Shown here in pieces: positions 18,528 through 29,033 of a DNA stretch of 64,000 nt. The DNA is from Escherichia phage CAU_ECP01. Within the stretch, counting starts at the first letter, position 1. Each line of letters opens with the position of its first letter. The DNA lies in sequence record PQ572755.1; one strand, 5' to 3'. Both the position numbers and the translations under genes were made by a program. The notes under the pieces are model-generated. The model had not been told where the DNA came from, did no database searches, and was given only the letters and a program-made list of their open reading frames with translations.

Positions 18528-20017
18528 TTTTAGATATTTTAAACCAAATAGCTGCGATCGGTTCTACTAAAACAAAACAAGAAATCCTTAAGAAAAATAA
18601 GGACAACAAATTACTTGAACGTGTGTATCGTTTAACATATGCACGTGGTATCCAGTATTATATTAAGAAATGGCCAGGACCAGGTGAAAGGTCTCAAGCG
18701 TATGGTCTTCTTGAATTAGATGACATGTTGGATTTTATTGAGTTCACATTAGCCACTCGTAAACTCACTGGTAATGCTGCAATTAAAGAGCTCATGGGTT
18801 ATATCGCTGACGGTAAACCTGATGATGTAGAAGTCCTTCGTCGTGTAATGATGCGAGACCTTGAAGTAGGTGCTTCAGTGTCTATCGCGAATAAGGTGTG
18901 GCCTGGACTTATTCAATTGCAGCCACAGATGTTAGCATCTGCATATGATGAGAAATTGATTACTAAAAATATTAAATGGCCTGCATTTGCTCAATTAAAG
19001 GCAGATGGTGCTCGTTGTTTCGCTGAAGTTCGCGATGATGGCGTTCAATTCTTTTCTCGTGCTGGTAACGAATACCATGGTCTTACCCTATTAGCAGATG
19101 AACTAATGGAAATGACTAAAGAAGCCCGTGAAAGACACCCTAATGGGGTTTTAATCGACGGTGAATTGGTTTATCATTCATTTGATATTAAAAAGGCTGT
19201 GAGCTCAGGAAATGACCTGTCGTTCTTATTTGGCGATAATGAAGAATCCGAAGAAGTACAAGTTGCAGACCGTAGCACTTCAAATGGTTTAGCAAATAAA
19301 TCTCTTCAAGGGACTATTTCTCCTAAAGAAGCGGAAGGTATGGTTCTTCAAGCCTGGGACTATGTTCCTTTAGATGAAGTCTATTCTGACGGCAAAATTA
19401 AAGGTCAGAAATACGATGTTCGTTTTGCTGCTCTTGAAAATATGGCTGAAGGCTTTAAACGAATTGAACCTATCGAAAACCAGATAGTTCGTAATCTTGA
19501 CGAAGCTAAAGTGGTTTATAAAAAATATGTTGACCAAGGTCTTGAAGGTATTATCCTTAAAAACCGTGATTCATATTGGGAAAACAAACGCTCTAAGAAC
19601 CTAATTAAATTTAAAGAAGTTATTGATATCGCTTTAGAAGTTGTAGGATACTACGAACACTCTAAAGACCCTAACAAATTAGGTGGTGTCGAACTCGTAT
19701 CACGTTGTCGTCGTATTACAACCGATTGTGGTTCAGGGTTTAAAGATACAACTCATAAAACAGTTGACGGTGTAAAGGTTCTTATTCCTTTAGATGAGCG
19801 TCATGATTTAGACCGTGAACGATTAATGGCTGAAGCTCGTGAAGGTAAATTGATTGGACGTATTGCTGATTGCGAATGTAATGGTTGGGTTCATTCTAAA
19901 GGCCGTGAAGGTACTGTAGGTATTTTCCTTCCAATTATTAAAGGGTTCCGTTTTGATAAAACAGAAGCGGATTCATTTGAAGACGTATTTGGACCGTGGT
20001 CCCAGACAGGTTTATAA
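18524..20017 (+). CDS. 30: ATP-dependent DNA ligase
   Basis: 497 aa; N-terminus MILDILNQIAAIGSTKTKQEILKKNKDNKLLERVYRLTY matches T4 gp30; adenylation motif KADGAR. Confidence 0.95.
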   Translation: MILDILNQIAAIGSTKTKQEILKKNKDNKLLERVYRLTYARGIQYYIKKWPGPGERSQAYGLLELDDMLDFIEFTLATRKLTGNAAIKELMGYIADGKPDDVEVLRRVMMRDLEVGASVSIANKVWPGLIQLQPQMLASAYDEKLITKNIKWPAFAQLKADGARCFAEVRDDGVQFFSRAGNEYHGLTLLADELMEMTKEARERHPNGVLIDGELVYHSFDIKKAVSSGNDLSFLFGDNEESEEVQVADRSTSNGLANKSLQGTISPKEAEGMVLQAWDYVPLDEVYSDGKIKGQKYDVRFAALENMAEGFKRIEPIENQIVRNLDEAKVVYKKYVDQGLEGIILKNRDSYWENKRSKNLIKFKEVIDIALEVVGYYEHSKDPNKLGGVELVSRCRRITTDCGSGFKDTTHKTVDGVKVLIPLDERHDLDRERLMAEAREGKLIGRIADCECNGWVHSKGREGTVGIFLPIIKGFRFDKTEADSFEDVFGPWSQTGL

Positions 20018-20205
20018 TGAAAGCTTATTTAGAAACAGTTATTGTAGCTAAGAAGGATGGTGGAGATGTTTCCACCTCTTGCTCTCAGATTATATTAGAT
20101 TTTCCTAATAACGATTCCTATCATATTTTTATGGACAATTTTGATAAGTACGAAAAAGGCCCTAATTTTGAAGTTTATCGTACTTTGCTCCCGATTGTGG
20201 ATTAA
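20017..20205 (+). CDS. hypothetical protein
   Basis: 62-aa ORF from ATG overlapping ligase stop (TAATG); terminator follows. Confidence 0.4.
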   Translation: MKAYLETVIVAKKDGGDVSTSCSQIILDFPNNDSYHIFMDNFDKYEKGPNFEVYRTLLPIVD

Positions 20206-20224
20206 GAGCCTTCGGGCTCTTTTT
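20205..20224 (+). terminator. intrinsic terminator, AGAGCC-UUCG-GGCUCU plus U-tract
   Basis: 6-bp stem, UUCG loop, TTTT 20221-20224. Confidence 0.8.
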
Positions 20225-20260
20225 GGCATAAATATAAATTATTACTAAAAGGAAAACACT

Positions 20261-22348
20261 ATGTCTGAACAATTAAATGAAGTGTTTGAATCTGAAGGCA
20301 GTCTTCCTGTCGTCAATTTGAACCCTAAAGCTAAAGTTCCACAAGTCTGGAAAATTGGTGATATCGATACAAACATCGTAGTCCGTTTATTCTCTTACCT
20401 TTCCGAAGGCGATGCTGTAAAACAAGTTAAACTTGGTGACAAATACGCTCATGTCGTTATTATGAGTCTGTCTGAAAAGGGTAATCTCGCTGAATTGAAA
20501 AATGGCCTTGGTCCTGCTCCTATTGATGCAATCAACACCATTTTCAATACAGTGTATGAACAGGTTAAAGCTCTTCGTATGGATGCAGTTCTGTTCCGAT
20601 TCCCTACCAAGAAATTGAAAGGACGTGGACAGCAGCTTCAAACTCTTCTTGCTCGTTTAGTTTCTACTAAAACTGGTGGTCGTTTTAAAGTGTTGTCGGC
20701 AATGTATCAATTCACAGGTAAACACACCTATGTGATGATGGTTCGTAAAAATGCCAACATTGAAGATATTAAAGGCATCCCTAACATTAACACAGAGTTG
20801 TACACGAAAGTAGATTCTGATGTTGGCGAAGTTTATGTGAGTAAAAAGACTGGTGAAAAGGTCACCAAAGAAACGGCTATCGCTGGTTCTATTGCTGCTG
20901 TAGAAGAAAAACGTAAAGATAAGCCTGTTATTGCTCGTACTAAAATTTCTCGTCGTGCTATTGCAGCAAGTCAATCTTTAGAAGCTGACCGACAAGAAGG
21001 TGAGTTATTCCAGAAATACGAAAATTCTGCTAAAGAAGTTAGTGGCCCAGCTACAGCCGAATTACTTCCTGAAGCATATGAAATTGTACTAGCCCAAGCA
21101 TCGTCCACAGCAAAAGGCACTTTAGTTGCTGATATCGAAAATAAGATTTATAATCGTATTGATGAATCCTTTAAATTTGCTGATGAAGTTTCTTATGGTA
21201 GTGTTATTAAGCCGACTTTAGAAAAGTTTGCTAAGAAAATTAAAACTGAAAAAACAACATCTGTTAAAGCATTAGCCGCTTTTGTTGAAGCTGCAAACGA
21301 AATTGCAGACTCTATTAGAGACGAATGGTTTGAAGATTTTAGACGTGATAATTTCCAACTGCCTGACGATGTTTTAGCTGAAGTATCTGAAAGAACTTGG
21401 AAACAACGTAAATCAGCGTTCTTGTCTAATGTGATGTATACTTATGCACGAGAATCGGCTAGAGGCACCTTTAATATAACAATGAATCGGGACCCTAAAC
21501 AATACTCTGTTGCTGAAAAACGAGCTATTCGTGAATATGCCTCTTCTGCGTATACCGATATCAATAATATGTTGTTAGGTCGTTATAAACCAGATTTTTA
21601 CGATGTTGCAGATGAAGATGAAGTTAAACGCGCTATTGATGGTCTTGATTCGGCGTTTTTAAATGGAGACCGTTTACCTGAAGGACTAACGTTATATAGA
21701 GCTCAGTCTATCAGAATGCCTATTTACGAAGCAATGGTTAAAAATAAGGTATTCTACTTCAGAAACTATGTTTCCACTTCACTAGCTCCTATTATTTTCG
21801 GTGGGTTTAAAGAGAACGTTGCCCTTGGACTTGCTCCTGAAGAAGTTCGCAAAGAGCTTAACATTGACAATAATGACGAAGGTGTTACTATTTCTCCTAG
21901 TCAAGTAAGAACAGCTATGCATGCACCAGAACAAATCCGTGTTAACGTTGGATGGGCTATTGATGGCGCCCATAAAGTTAACGTGATTTATCCAGGACAG
22001 TTGAGTAATCACCCTAATGAGCAAGAAATTATTTTGCCTAGAGGCATTCTCTTGCAGATAAATAAAATTACAGATGCGTCATCTGACACTGGTGCAGGTT
22101 TAGAATCCAACCTTAAATTTATTCAAGCTGAAGTCATGTCCTCAGACCAGTTGGATGAAGCTGTCATTTACGATGGTGATGTTCTCATGGAAACAGGCGA
22201 GGTGGTTGCTATGACGGGTGAAATCGAATCAGATGAGCCGGTATCGTTCTCCTCATTTGTAGAAAAAACTAGTGCTCCTAAAGGATTGAAACTGTTAGCA
22301 TCTTTAATGGATTTGGAATCGGTTCCGTTTAAATTTGTTCAAGGATAG
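20261..22348 (+). CDS. alt: ADP-ribosyltransferase Alt (head-packaged)
   Basis: 695 aa; position between gene 30 and gene 54 as in T4; ART-like R / S-T-S / E motifs (LYRAQS, YVSTSL, QEIILPRG). Confidence 0.75.
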   Translation: MSEQLNEVFESEGSLPVVNLNPKAKVPQVWKIGDIDTNIVVRLFSYLSEGDAVKQVKLGDKYAHVVIMSLSEKGNLAELKNGLGPAPIDAINTIFNTVYEQVKALRMDAVLFRFPTKKLKGRGQQLQTLLARLVSTKTGGRFKVLSAMYQFTGKHTYVMMVRKNANIEDIKGIPNINTELYTKVDSDVGEVYVSKKTGEKVTKETAIAGSIAAVEEKRKDKPVIARTKISRRAIAASQSLEADRQEGELFQKYENSAKEVSGPATAELLPEAYEIVLAQASSTAKGTLVADIENKIYNRIDESFKFADEVSYGSVIKPTLEKFAKKIKTEKTTSVKALAAFVEAANEIADSIRDEWFEDFRRDNFQLPDDVLAEVSERTWKQRKSAFLSNVMYTYARESARGTFNITMNRDPKQYSVAEKRAIREYASSAYTDINNMLLGRYKPDFYDVADEDEVKRAIDGLDSAFLNGDRLPEGLTLYRAQSIRMPIYEAMVKNKVFYFRNYVSTSLAPIIFGGFKENVALGLAPEEVRKELNIDNNDEGVTISPSQVRTAMHAPEQIRVNVGWAIDGAHKVNVIYPGQLSNHPNEQEIILPRGILLQINKITDASSDTGAGLESNLKFIQAEVMSSDQLDEAVIYDGDVLMETGEVVAMTGEIESDEPVSFSSFVEKTSAPKGLKLLASLMDLESVPFKFVQG

Positions 22349-22377
22349 TTTACAAGCACATGGATGTGTGATACTAT
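22348..22377 (+). promoter_or_regulatory. T4-type early promoter
   Basis: GTTTAC 22348-22353 overlapping alt stop TAG; TACTAT 22372-22377; GGATG/CATCC inverted repeat flanks the -10. Confidence 0.6.
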
Positions 22378-22406
22378 CATCCTATCAACAACATGAGGAA
22401 AACGTT

Positions 22407-22700
22407 ATGAAATCTATGCTTCGCTTTAATGGTCAAGAACTAGTAGTTGAAGATGCTATCCCAGCGGATGATGTTTTTAACGAAGCTGTGATTGACGAAT
22501 TGAATCGAGTATTCCCAGGTGCATTCCATATTGCTATGGAACCTCTTAAAAACTTTCGTGACCCTGAACACACTGATCAAATTTTTATAGGTGTACTGAC
22601 AGGTCATTTAGAAACAGAGGTACCAATGGTCGTATTAGTTAAATACTCTAAAGATGATACTCCATTCCGAGCACCAGCATTCCTTTCATTCCGTAAATAA
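22407..22700 (+). CDS. hypothetical protein
   Basis: 97-aa ORF from ATG 22407 with GAGGAAA SD; the track ORF starts upstream within alt and the promoter. Confidence 0.45.
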   Translation: MKSMLRFNGQELVVEDAIPADDVFNEAVIDELNRVFPGAFHIAMEPLKNFRDPEHTDQIFIGVLTGHLETEVPMVVLVKYSKDDTPFRAPAFLSFRK

Positions 22701-22709
22701 ACCCCTAAA

Positions 22710-22733
22710 GGGAGACAACGTCTCCCTTTTTTT
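22710..22733. terminator. terminator between convergent genes (GGGAGA-CAACG-UCUCCC plus T7)
   Basis: Hairpin 22710-22726 followed by TTTTTTT; lies between the plus-strand ORF and gene 54. Confidence 0.7.
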
Positions 22734-22734
22734 C

Positions 22735-23697
22735 TTATAGACCTAAAACTCTTGATGCAGAATTCACCACACCTGTCAATGTGTTTATATTAGACACACC
22801 TCCAGCAGTCCCACCTAATCTAGAAAGTCTTGATACTGCACTTCCTAGACCAGAATCATTCTGATTATTTCCAAACATTCCTGAAACACTACTAATAAGT
22901 CCTGATTCCAGCCATTCTAAAGCAGCCTGTCTATTTACAGCACCTGATTGCATAACGCGATAAGCAAATGTTACATCAAAAACTGTTATCTGATTATCAC
23001 CATCATACGTTAACTCAGGAGAAGAGACACTAACAGGAATACATCCAGTGAACATGACGGCGGTATGTGGTAAACCATTTCGTGCATGTAAATTAACCTG
23101 AATATCTGCTTCGACGTCTTGTGGTAAAGCGCGAAGACCTGTTACAGGGTCTTGGACCGAGTTTACCCAGTCTTGCATTGCTCTAAAGTTAGATGCTTCG
23201 GAATCCATTCTAAAGCTTATTACTAACGGGTCCATTTCACGGCCGGTAATTCTGATGTTCGGGGAGTTATAGTTGAAATCTGTTTCATACGATAATCGAT
23301 TCTCAGGCATTTTTACAGAATAAATCATTAAACCTGTATTATTATATGCCATATTGAAGAAGTCTATCAGATAAGATCCTACCGTGAACTCACCTAACAA
23401 GCTTTGTACCGTACGTTGGCTCATTGCTCCAATCAGATATTTACTTATACCTGATTTTCGAATTAATTTCTGTGTTCCTGCTGTAATCAGGGTTGTTACG
23501 CCCTGATTGATATCACCTTGAGACAATCCTAACCAATCAGAATCCAACCCTAAGTTATTATAAGCAAAACTACCAATTGACGAAATTAGTGAAGATGATT
23601 TGGTCGATGGCGTAGTAGCAAATACACAACTAAACATATTGTTTCGTTGGAAATCTGCATTTATAGCTTGGTTATTAAATTCTTCTAAAGAGTACAT
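22735..23697 (-). CDS. 54: baseplate tail-tube initiator gp54
   Basis: 320 aa (T4 gp54 320 aa); position and order as in T4. Confidence 0.75.
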   Translation of the reverse strand: MYSLEEFNNQAINADFQRNNMFSCVFATTPSTKSSSLISSIGSFAYNNLGLDSDWLGLSQGDINQGVTTLITAGTQKLIRKSGISKYLIGAMSQRTVQSLLGEFTVGSYLIDFFNMAYNNTGLMIYSVKMPENRLSYETDFNYNSPNIRITGREMDPLVISFRMDSEASNFRAMQDWVNSVQDPVTGLRALPQDVEADIQVNLHARNGLPHTAVMFTGCIPVSVSSPELTYDGDNQITVFDVTFAYRVMQSGAVNRQAALEWLESGLISSVSGMFGNNQNDSGLGSAVSRLSRLGGTAGGVSNINTLTGVVNSASRVLGL

Positions 23698-24806
23698 TAG
23701 AAAGTCCCCGCATAAAGTGAAGAACGGTTTAATGTAATAATTTCTCGCATTGTTATCTCTAACGTAAATGTTGACGGTAAGTTAGGAGCAACAGCGAGAC
23801 CATTAAATTGTCCATTTGGAGTTTTATCAAAACGTACACTTTGAATTTGACATGGGCCAAATACATCAGTTAACCCGTCAAATTTAGATGTATAACCAAA
23901 GTTTTTAACCATCCAAATTGTAGGGTTGCTTACAACTAATACATTTGTTAATGACGCAGTAATCTTTTCAAACAATGTCTTATTTTTTACTGCATCATCC
24001 GGTGTCATAGGCTCAATAAACGTTGAACGGTACCATTCGTCTAAATAACTTTTAATCTCTTGGGCGTACTGTGATTTACCGGTCTCACCATATGAGAAAT
24101 AGTTAAAATACTGGTAAATGTTTATAATAGCCATAAGGTCTTCAGTTGAACGTGGAGTTAAATCCCATGTAAAGACTTTAGTACGGTTCTCGGCACCGCC
24201 ATACATACTACGAGAAGTCGTATAAATCTGCTCGTTATTATCAGCCATAAGCCCTTGAGTAATAGAATCTAATGCACCAAAAACTGCAGTAGAAGCAATG
24301 TTACTTAAAACACCTGTAGCAGTACCTCCACCTTTAGTAATAAGGCTATCACCGATATCATTAAAACGATGTGAAGTTGTATCAACGTCAGATTTGGAAC
24401 GTGGCAAAAGTATATTAGCAACAGGAGTTTTATTTATAGTAGACTTATTAGCTCCGGCAGGAAGCAATCCATTTGAGAATTTAGTCACCGCATCTTTCAC
24501 ATTATCAGTTAAATCTGATATGATACCATTAGATGAAGTCCCGGCATACGCCGGACGTAAATTCCTGAGGGATCCTGAATCGCGTGCAGACATATTGTAC
24601 GCGGTAAATAATAATCCATTCTTATAAAGGTCTGTTACCTGGAAGTCTCCTGTGGAGTCATTTCCGGCTGCTCTTCCTGTAGGAAATTGAGCAACATAAG
24701 TTTTAGTAGTTGTTTCGGTTTTAGTGCTTTGCCCAGCACTTTCTGAGACTGGGATTGCTTTATTTAAATCCTTTGCATCTACTACTATTTCTTTTACACT
24801 AATCAT
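23697..24806 (-). CDS. 48: baseplate tail-tube cap gp48
   Basis: 369 aa (T4 gp48 364 aa); synteny. Confidence 0.75.
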   Translation of the reverse strand: MISVKEIVVDAKDLNKAIPVSESAGQSTKTETTTKTYVAQFPTGRAAGNDSTGDFQVTDLYKNGLLFTAYNMSARDSGSLRNLRPAYAGTSSNGIISDLTDNVKDAVTKFSNGLLPAGANKSTINKTPVANILLPRSKSDVDTTSHRFNDIGDSLITKGGGTATGVLSNIASTAVFGALDSITQGLMADNNEQIYTTSRSMYGGAENRTKVFTWDLTPRSTEDLMAIINIYQYFNYFSYGETGKSQYAQEIKSYLDEWYRSTFIEPMTPDDAVKNKTLFEKITASLTNVLVVSNPTIWMVKNFGYTSKFDGLTDVFGPCQIQSVRFDKTPNGQFNGLAVAPNLPSTFTLEITMREIITLNRSSLYAGTF

Positions 24807-24814
24807 AATAATCC

Positions 24815-26587
24815 TTAATTAACACCGGTGGCATGGAAAATTCCAGGAGCCGTTGTACTTGTTACAGGGGTCATATTCTGGACTACGGTATTCTTTTTGA
24901 CGACATTATTTGTGTTACTAATCGCCGCTACCGGTTGCTGTTGTTTAGATTCAGAAGCACGTCCTTTCTCTATTGACTGAACTTGTTTTGCTTCTGGAGA
25001 TTTAGTCGAAGATTCAGGCTTAACTGTTGTCTGAGCCTTTTTGGCTTCAGCCATTTTATTATTTAGCTTTTCAAATCTAGCATCTATTTCCTTTTTAACA
25101 ACAGGAGTTTTATTAAGTTCAGGGTCTTTAATAAGTTTACTTAAATCAGCATAAGACTTCTCGACGTTTTTAGCATTTTCCGGATTAGTCATATCGATTT
25201 TATCGATATAATCCTCAAATCTAACCAGTGCAGCACGAGTTTCATTCGCTTTTATATACGCCTCTTTACGTTCCTCTTCAGGTAACTCTTTTAATTTTGC
25301 TGATTCCGCAGCGCGCTCATCACTTGTACTAAACTCTTCTTTATTGTCGTTACCACGAACCCAGTTAGTAACGAATGTTTTGCCGCGTTGTAACATATCA
25401 AGACCTTTAGAAACGGTTCCTAATTCCCCGTCGTCACGCTTCATTTGATATTTAGCGACTTTCTCTTGGTCTTCTTTCTTTAATTTGTTCCCAGTAGTTT
25501 CTTGGAATCCTTCTAAAGCACGTCCTTCTATTTCGTCTGCGGTATCACCAAAACCTATAGCACGCAATATAGACGCGGAGAGTTTAGCCATTCCTAATTG
25601 AATTAGTTCACCTAAGTTCATTAATGCTGTTCCTACACCTTTGACAATAGCAACGGTTAAACCACCCCAGTCTCCGGCTTCCCACAATTGTTTTATCGAG
25701 TCAATAGAAGTGAATATATCGCTTAAGAATTTACCCCACTCTTTAGCTTCATCGGAGAATTTAGTAAAGTTTTCATCAAATAAATCCCAGGCAGAAGTGA
25801 ACTTGTCAGTCCAATATTTGAAATGGACTATCAATAAATCAATACCGATAACAATACCAAGAATAAGTGCGGCCATTTTTGCTGCTTCAATAGCAGCCGT
25901 TATAGTGTATTTGAAAAGCATTCCAGCAATTCTGTCTGAAATTGATATTGATTTATTAAACCCGGTTTGAACTGTTTTGGTGAGCATTGCAATTTTATCG
26001 CTCAATTTAAAGCTAATTCCGCCTTTAGAATCGGAAGTAGAATTAGCACTTTCTTGAACCGGGGCTGGGAAGAAATCTTCGTCTGGCTTATTATCAATCT
26101 TTTCAGGTGTAGGTAATGCTTTAAACAACTCATCAGAAGTTTCGTTCTCAACCACTTTAACAGGTATTGCGTTCTCAATTACTTCAAGAGAGGTGCCTCC
26201 TGTATTTTGAATAGCGGTAGATGTTTGTAATTTTTGCTCTAATAATGTAGCTAATCGGTCTAACTTAGAGTTTATTGCATTAGAAACTTCGTTTATACTT
26301 TTAGTGACTTCAGTTTGTTTTTCAATAACTTCTGCGATAAGCTCTGTGCCTTCAGCAGTATTATCTGTCGAATTCTTTAAGTCTCCAATTGATTCAATAA
26401 TTCCATTGCCTTTATCTTCTACACTTTGCGATGTGAGTTCAGACGCGGCTTGGACATCGTCTAGTTTTGATGAAATATCATTCAATGCTTCTAATGAATC
26501 GGTAGCTGCTGTTGCAGCTACTTTTTGTGGTTTATTATCGGCAATGACCTTATTTCTACGCATGGATTTCATTTCTTCAGGTTTCAT
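24815..26587 (-). CDS. 29: tail-length tape-measure / baseplate hub protein gp29
   Basis: 590 aa (T4 gp29 590 aa); synteny. Confidence 0.8.
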   Translation of the reverse strand: MKPEEMKSMRRNKVIADNKPQKVAATAATDSLEALNDISSKLDDVQAASELTSQSVEDKGNGIIESIGDLKNSTDNTAEGTELIAEVIEKQTEVTKSINEVSNAINSKLDRLATLLEQKLQTSTAIQNTGGTSLEVIENAIPVKVVENETSDELFKALPTPEKIDNKPDEDFFPAPVQESANSTSDSKGGISFKLSDKIAMLTKTVQTGFNKSISISDRIAGMLFKYTITAAIEAAKMAALILGIVIGIDLLIVHFKYWTDKFTSAWDLFDENFTKFSDEAKEWGKFLSDIFTSIDSIKQLWEAGDWGGLTVAIVKGVGTALMNLGELIQLGMAKLSASILRAIGFGDTADEIEGRALEGFQETTGNKLKKEDQEKVAKYQMKRDDGELGTVSKGLDMLQRGKTFVTNWVRGNDNKEEFSTSDERAAESAKLKELPEEERKEAYIKANETRAALVRFEDYIDKIDMTNPENAKNVEKSYADLSKLIKDPELNKTPVVKKEIDARFEKLNNKMAEAKKAQTTVKPESSTKSPEAKQVQSIEKGRASESKQQQPVAAISNTNNVVKKNTVVQNMTPVTSTTAPGIFHATGVN

Positions 26588-27117
26588 TCAAGCAATCCAA
26601 TAATTTCTGCTATACCCTTAATAGGACCATTAGGGCCTGGAATAGCAATAGTTGTCGAAAGGTCTTCTGCCCATTTGATTACAAAAGCAGGCATCTCAAG
26701 GAAAGAAATTTCTTTCTCTTCGTCATTAACTTTTATTAAGCAATTTGATAACATTTCACTGATTGTAGCGAATTGTTCAAATTTGCCTGGAGGTCTAAAA
26801 TAAAAAGTATTGCCTTGGAATTGGAATTCTGTTCGTTGGCATACATAGACGTCATCTAGCTTATATGTGAATCCGTCTTTTTCAACTTCAGACTTAAGTT
26901 TGTTATTAAATTCCAATATATGTAGACATGCAAAATCAAAATCAGCAGGACTCATATTTTTACAAATAGAATCAGCTAAGATTTTCATGTTTTCATCAGG
27001 GCCTTTAACGTCCTTTAAAAGATTATAATGTTTGAGCCCTAATTTGGGAATCATTACCTTTTTATTAGACTGTGGTAGAATTATTTTCTTTAGAGGTAGA
27101 ATCAGATTTAAGTTCAT
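26584..27117 (-). CDS. 28: baseplate hub distal subunit gp28
   Basis: 177 aa as in T4 gp28; alternative start at 27054 (156 aa) has a better SD and avoids the 53-nt overlap with gene 27. Confidence 0.65.
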   Translation of the reverse strand: MNLNLILPLKKIILPQSNKKVMIPKLGLKHYNLLKDVKGPDENMKILADSICKNMSPADFDFACLHILEFNNKLKSEVEKDGFTYKLDDVYVCQRTEFQFQGNTFYFRPPGKFEQFATISEMLSNCLIKVNDEEKEISFLEMPAFVIKWAEDLSTTIAIPGPNGPIKGIAEIIGLLE

Positions 27118-28237
27118 TTTTAACCTTAACTGGGTTAACAGGTTCTAACACCATTGAGTTGGTAAACATGTACAGATGAGTTTGTGAGTTGTTATTTGAT
27201 AACTCATGAATAACTTCATCCACGTAAAATTCGGATTTGAATTGGTTCTTTTGGTCAACAAATATAATTTTAGTAGCAGGCGTTATGTTAAAATTACCTG
27301 TAGTAGTGCATTTAGCATAACCGTCGTATTGAGCCATTGTCTGAAGACGACTTGCTTCTTCAAATCCGTTACGATAGGTCATTTCGGAATATCCGCCGGA
27401 TCTTGACACAAGAATAGCATTATCACCGTCGCCAGTAACAATAACTGGAATAGATGTATCTAAAAATGAATGGGCGAATATTGTGGCGTTTTTAATAGGG
27501 TCTCTTGTAAATTGGTTGGCTTTAGTCATCCAGGTAAAATCCCATACTAATGGATACTCAAGCTCTTGAATATACTGACCTACAGTATTTGGCTCACCTA
27601 CAATCATCTTAATGCCTTCTTGACCAATAAGAGTATCGTAGTCAATCATGTTTACGCCTAAAATATCTTGCCATACGAATACGAACTTATCACTCGCTGT
27701 AGCAAGTCCTAATTCTCTGACATATGCCAAATAATCATCAAATGTGCTTGTCCAAGGAATATCAGGAACATAAGCATTAATAGTGTTTATTGGCGGAGTA
27801 ATTAACGTACGGTCTTTATATATGACACCTAACATTTCACGTATAGATTCGCCTGCGTCCGGGAAGAACGGACGCCCAAATTTAAGGTTCTCTATAGAAT
27901 GTATTGTTCCAAGCTCAATTGCAATAATATTGTCACCTTTTGAGTCCACAGACACAGAATAATGTCTACATCCGTAAATTCGAGTTCTAACTTGGAGAGG
28001 TGTGTTTGAATTTGAAACAGAGATTTGGACTATCTGCCTACCATCCATTTTAGTGTGGATGTTTTTAGTGTCATAAAATTGAAGAATCCCTTCATTTCTT
28101 CCATATAGCGAATCTCGCATGGTTAAAGTTGTTATTGTTGCAGCGAGTTCAACGTATCTATTTTCTTGCCAAGCCGAATAATCTTGATATAATTTAACGC
28201 TTAAGTTAGGATATCCTGGACGTTGGAATACTGTCAT
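27065..28237 (-). CDS. 27: baseplate hub subunit gp27
   Basis: 390 aa (T4 gp27 391 aa); synteny. Confidence 0.8.
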   Translation of the reverse strand: MTVFQRPGYPNLSVKLYQDYSAWQENRYVELAATITTLTMRDSLYGRNEGILQFYDTKNIHTKMDGRQIVQISVSNSNTPLQVRTRIYGCRHYSVSVDSKGDNIIAIELGTIHSIENLKFGRPFFPDAGESIREMLGVIYKDRTLITPPINTINAYVPDIPWTSTFDDYLAYVRELGLATASDKFVFVWQDILGVNMIDYDTLIGQEGIKMIVGEPNTVGQYIQELEYPLVWDFTWMTKANQFTRDPIKNATIFAHSFLDTSIPVIVTGDGDNAILVSRSGGYSEMTYRNGFEEASRLQTMAQYDGYAKCTTTGNFNITPATKIIFVDQKNQFKSEFYVDEVIHELSNNNSQTHLYMFTNSMVLEPVNPVKVKNELKSDSTSKENNSTTV

Positions 28238-28986
28238 TTTTTATGGTCCTTTTCTACTAATGTTAAAGCAATACCACGTTCAACAGGAATCATTTGCATA
28301 ATAGAATCCAATGTGTATTGACTCTTTACTAGTGAATGGTTTATCTGATAGAATGTAAAAATCTCATCAGGGTTAACTAACAATTTAAAAACCTCTAAGA
28401 TATCAGTATATGTTTTAACATGGCGTTCACAACAACCTAATCTAAGGGTCAAATTAATAGGGTTCATAGAAGCAATAACCTTCTCGAGAGAGTCAATGTC
28501 TATTGCTTCTATTACTTGGATTTGGTTCTCTTCAGTCAAATCATTCCATGGGTACCATTCATCATTATAATATATTTCTTTTATGTTTTCACTTATCATT
28601 AATGCTTTATTGTCATAAAACTTTTCAGGGAAAGAAAAACGTATTTTTATACCAGCAACATCAAGTTCAGGTTCGACTAGTTCTTTTTGATATATCTCAA
28701 ATGGTGCAGTTTTTTCTTTAGAGCATTTAGGGCAAGTGAAAATAACGGGAACTTTTGTTTTGCCTATAGAGCCTGCAAAAACTTGCAGGAATATAAATGG
28801 TTGCCATGTTTTAGGGTACTCGCCAAAATAATCATCAATCAGATCGGCAATTATTTCTTTTTGTTCTTGTGGCGAACGATGTTCGATATCATTTCTAACT
28901 AGTAAAAAGTCTCTATAATCCGCCACGGTGAACGGCTTGAAACGATGAACACCATCCGGTAATTTACAACGAATTATATTAGCCAT
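28234..28986 (-). CDS. 51: baseplate hub assembly protein gp51
   Basis: 250 aa (T4 gp51 249 aa); paralogous to the adjacent gp26 over its C-terminal ~150 aa. Confidence 0.7.
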   Translation of the reverse strand: MANIIRCKLPDGVHRFKPFTVADYRDFLLVRNDIEHRSPQEQKEIIADLIDDYFGEYPKTWQPFIFLQVFAGSIGKTKVPVIFTCPKCSKEKTAPFEIYQKELVEPELDVAGIKIRFSFPEKFYDNKALMISENIKEIYYNDEWYPWNDLTEENQIQVIEAIDIDSLEKVIASMNPINLTLRLGCCERHVKTYTDILEVFKLLVNPDEIFTFYQINHSLVKSQYTLDSIMQMIPVERGIALTLVEKDHKK

Positions 28987-29003
28987 AATTACTCCTTTTC
29001 TAT

Positions 29004-29011
29004 TATTTATA
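29004..29011 (-). promoter_or_regulatory. late promoter (TATAAATA) for gene 51
   Basis: TATTTATA on the plus strand, 18 nt upstream of the gene 51 start codon. Confidence 0.6.
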
Positions 29012-29015
29012 AATA
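29008..29015 (+). promoter_or_regulatory. late promoter (TATAAATA) for gene 26
   Basis: TATAAATA overlapping the minus-strand late box by 4 bp; 19 nt upstream of gene 26 ATG. Confidence 0.6.
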
Positions 29016-29033
29016 CACAATAAAGGAGTTAAC

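Noticed and set aside
27054-27117. Programmed frameshift or read-through linking gene 27 and gene 28
   Set aside because: No slippery heptamer or downstream structure seen; an independent downstream ATG with SD explains gp28 more simply.
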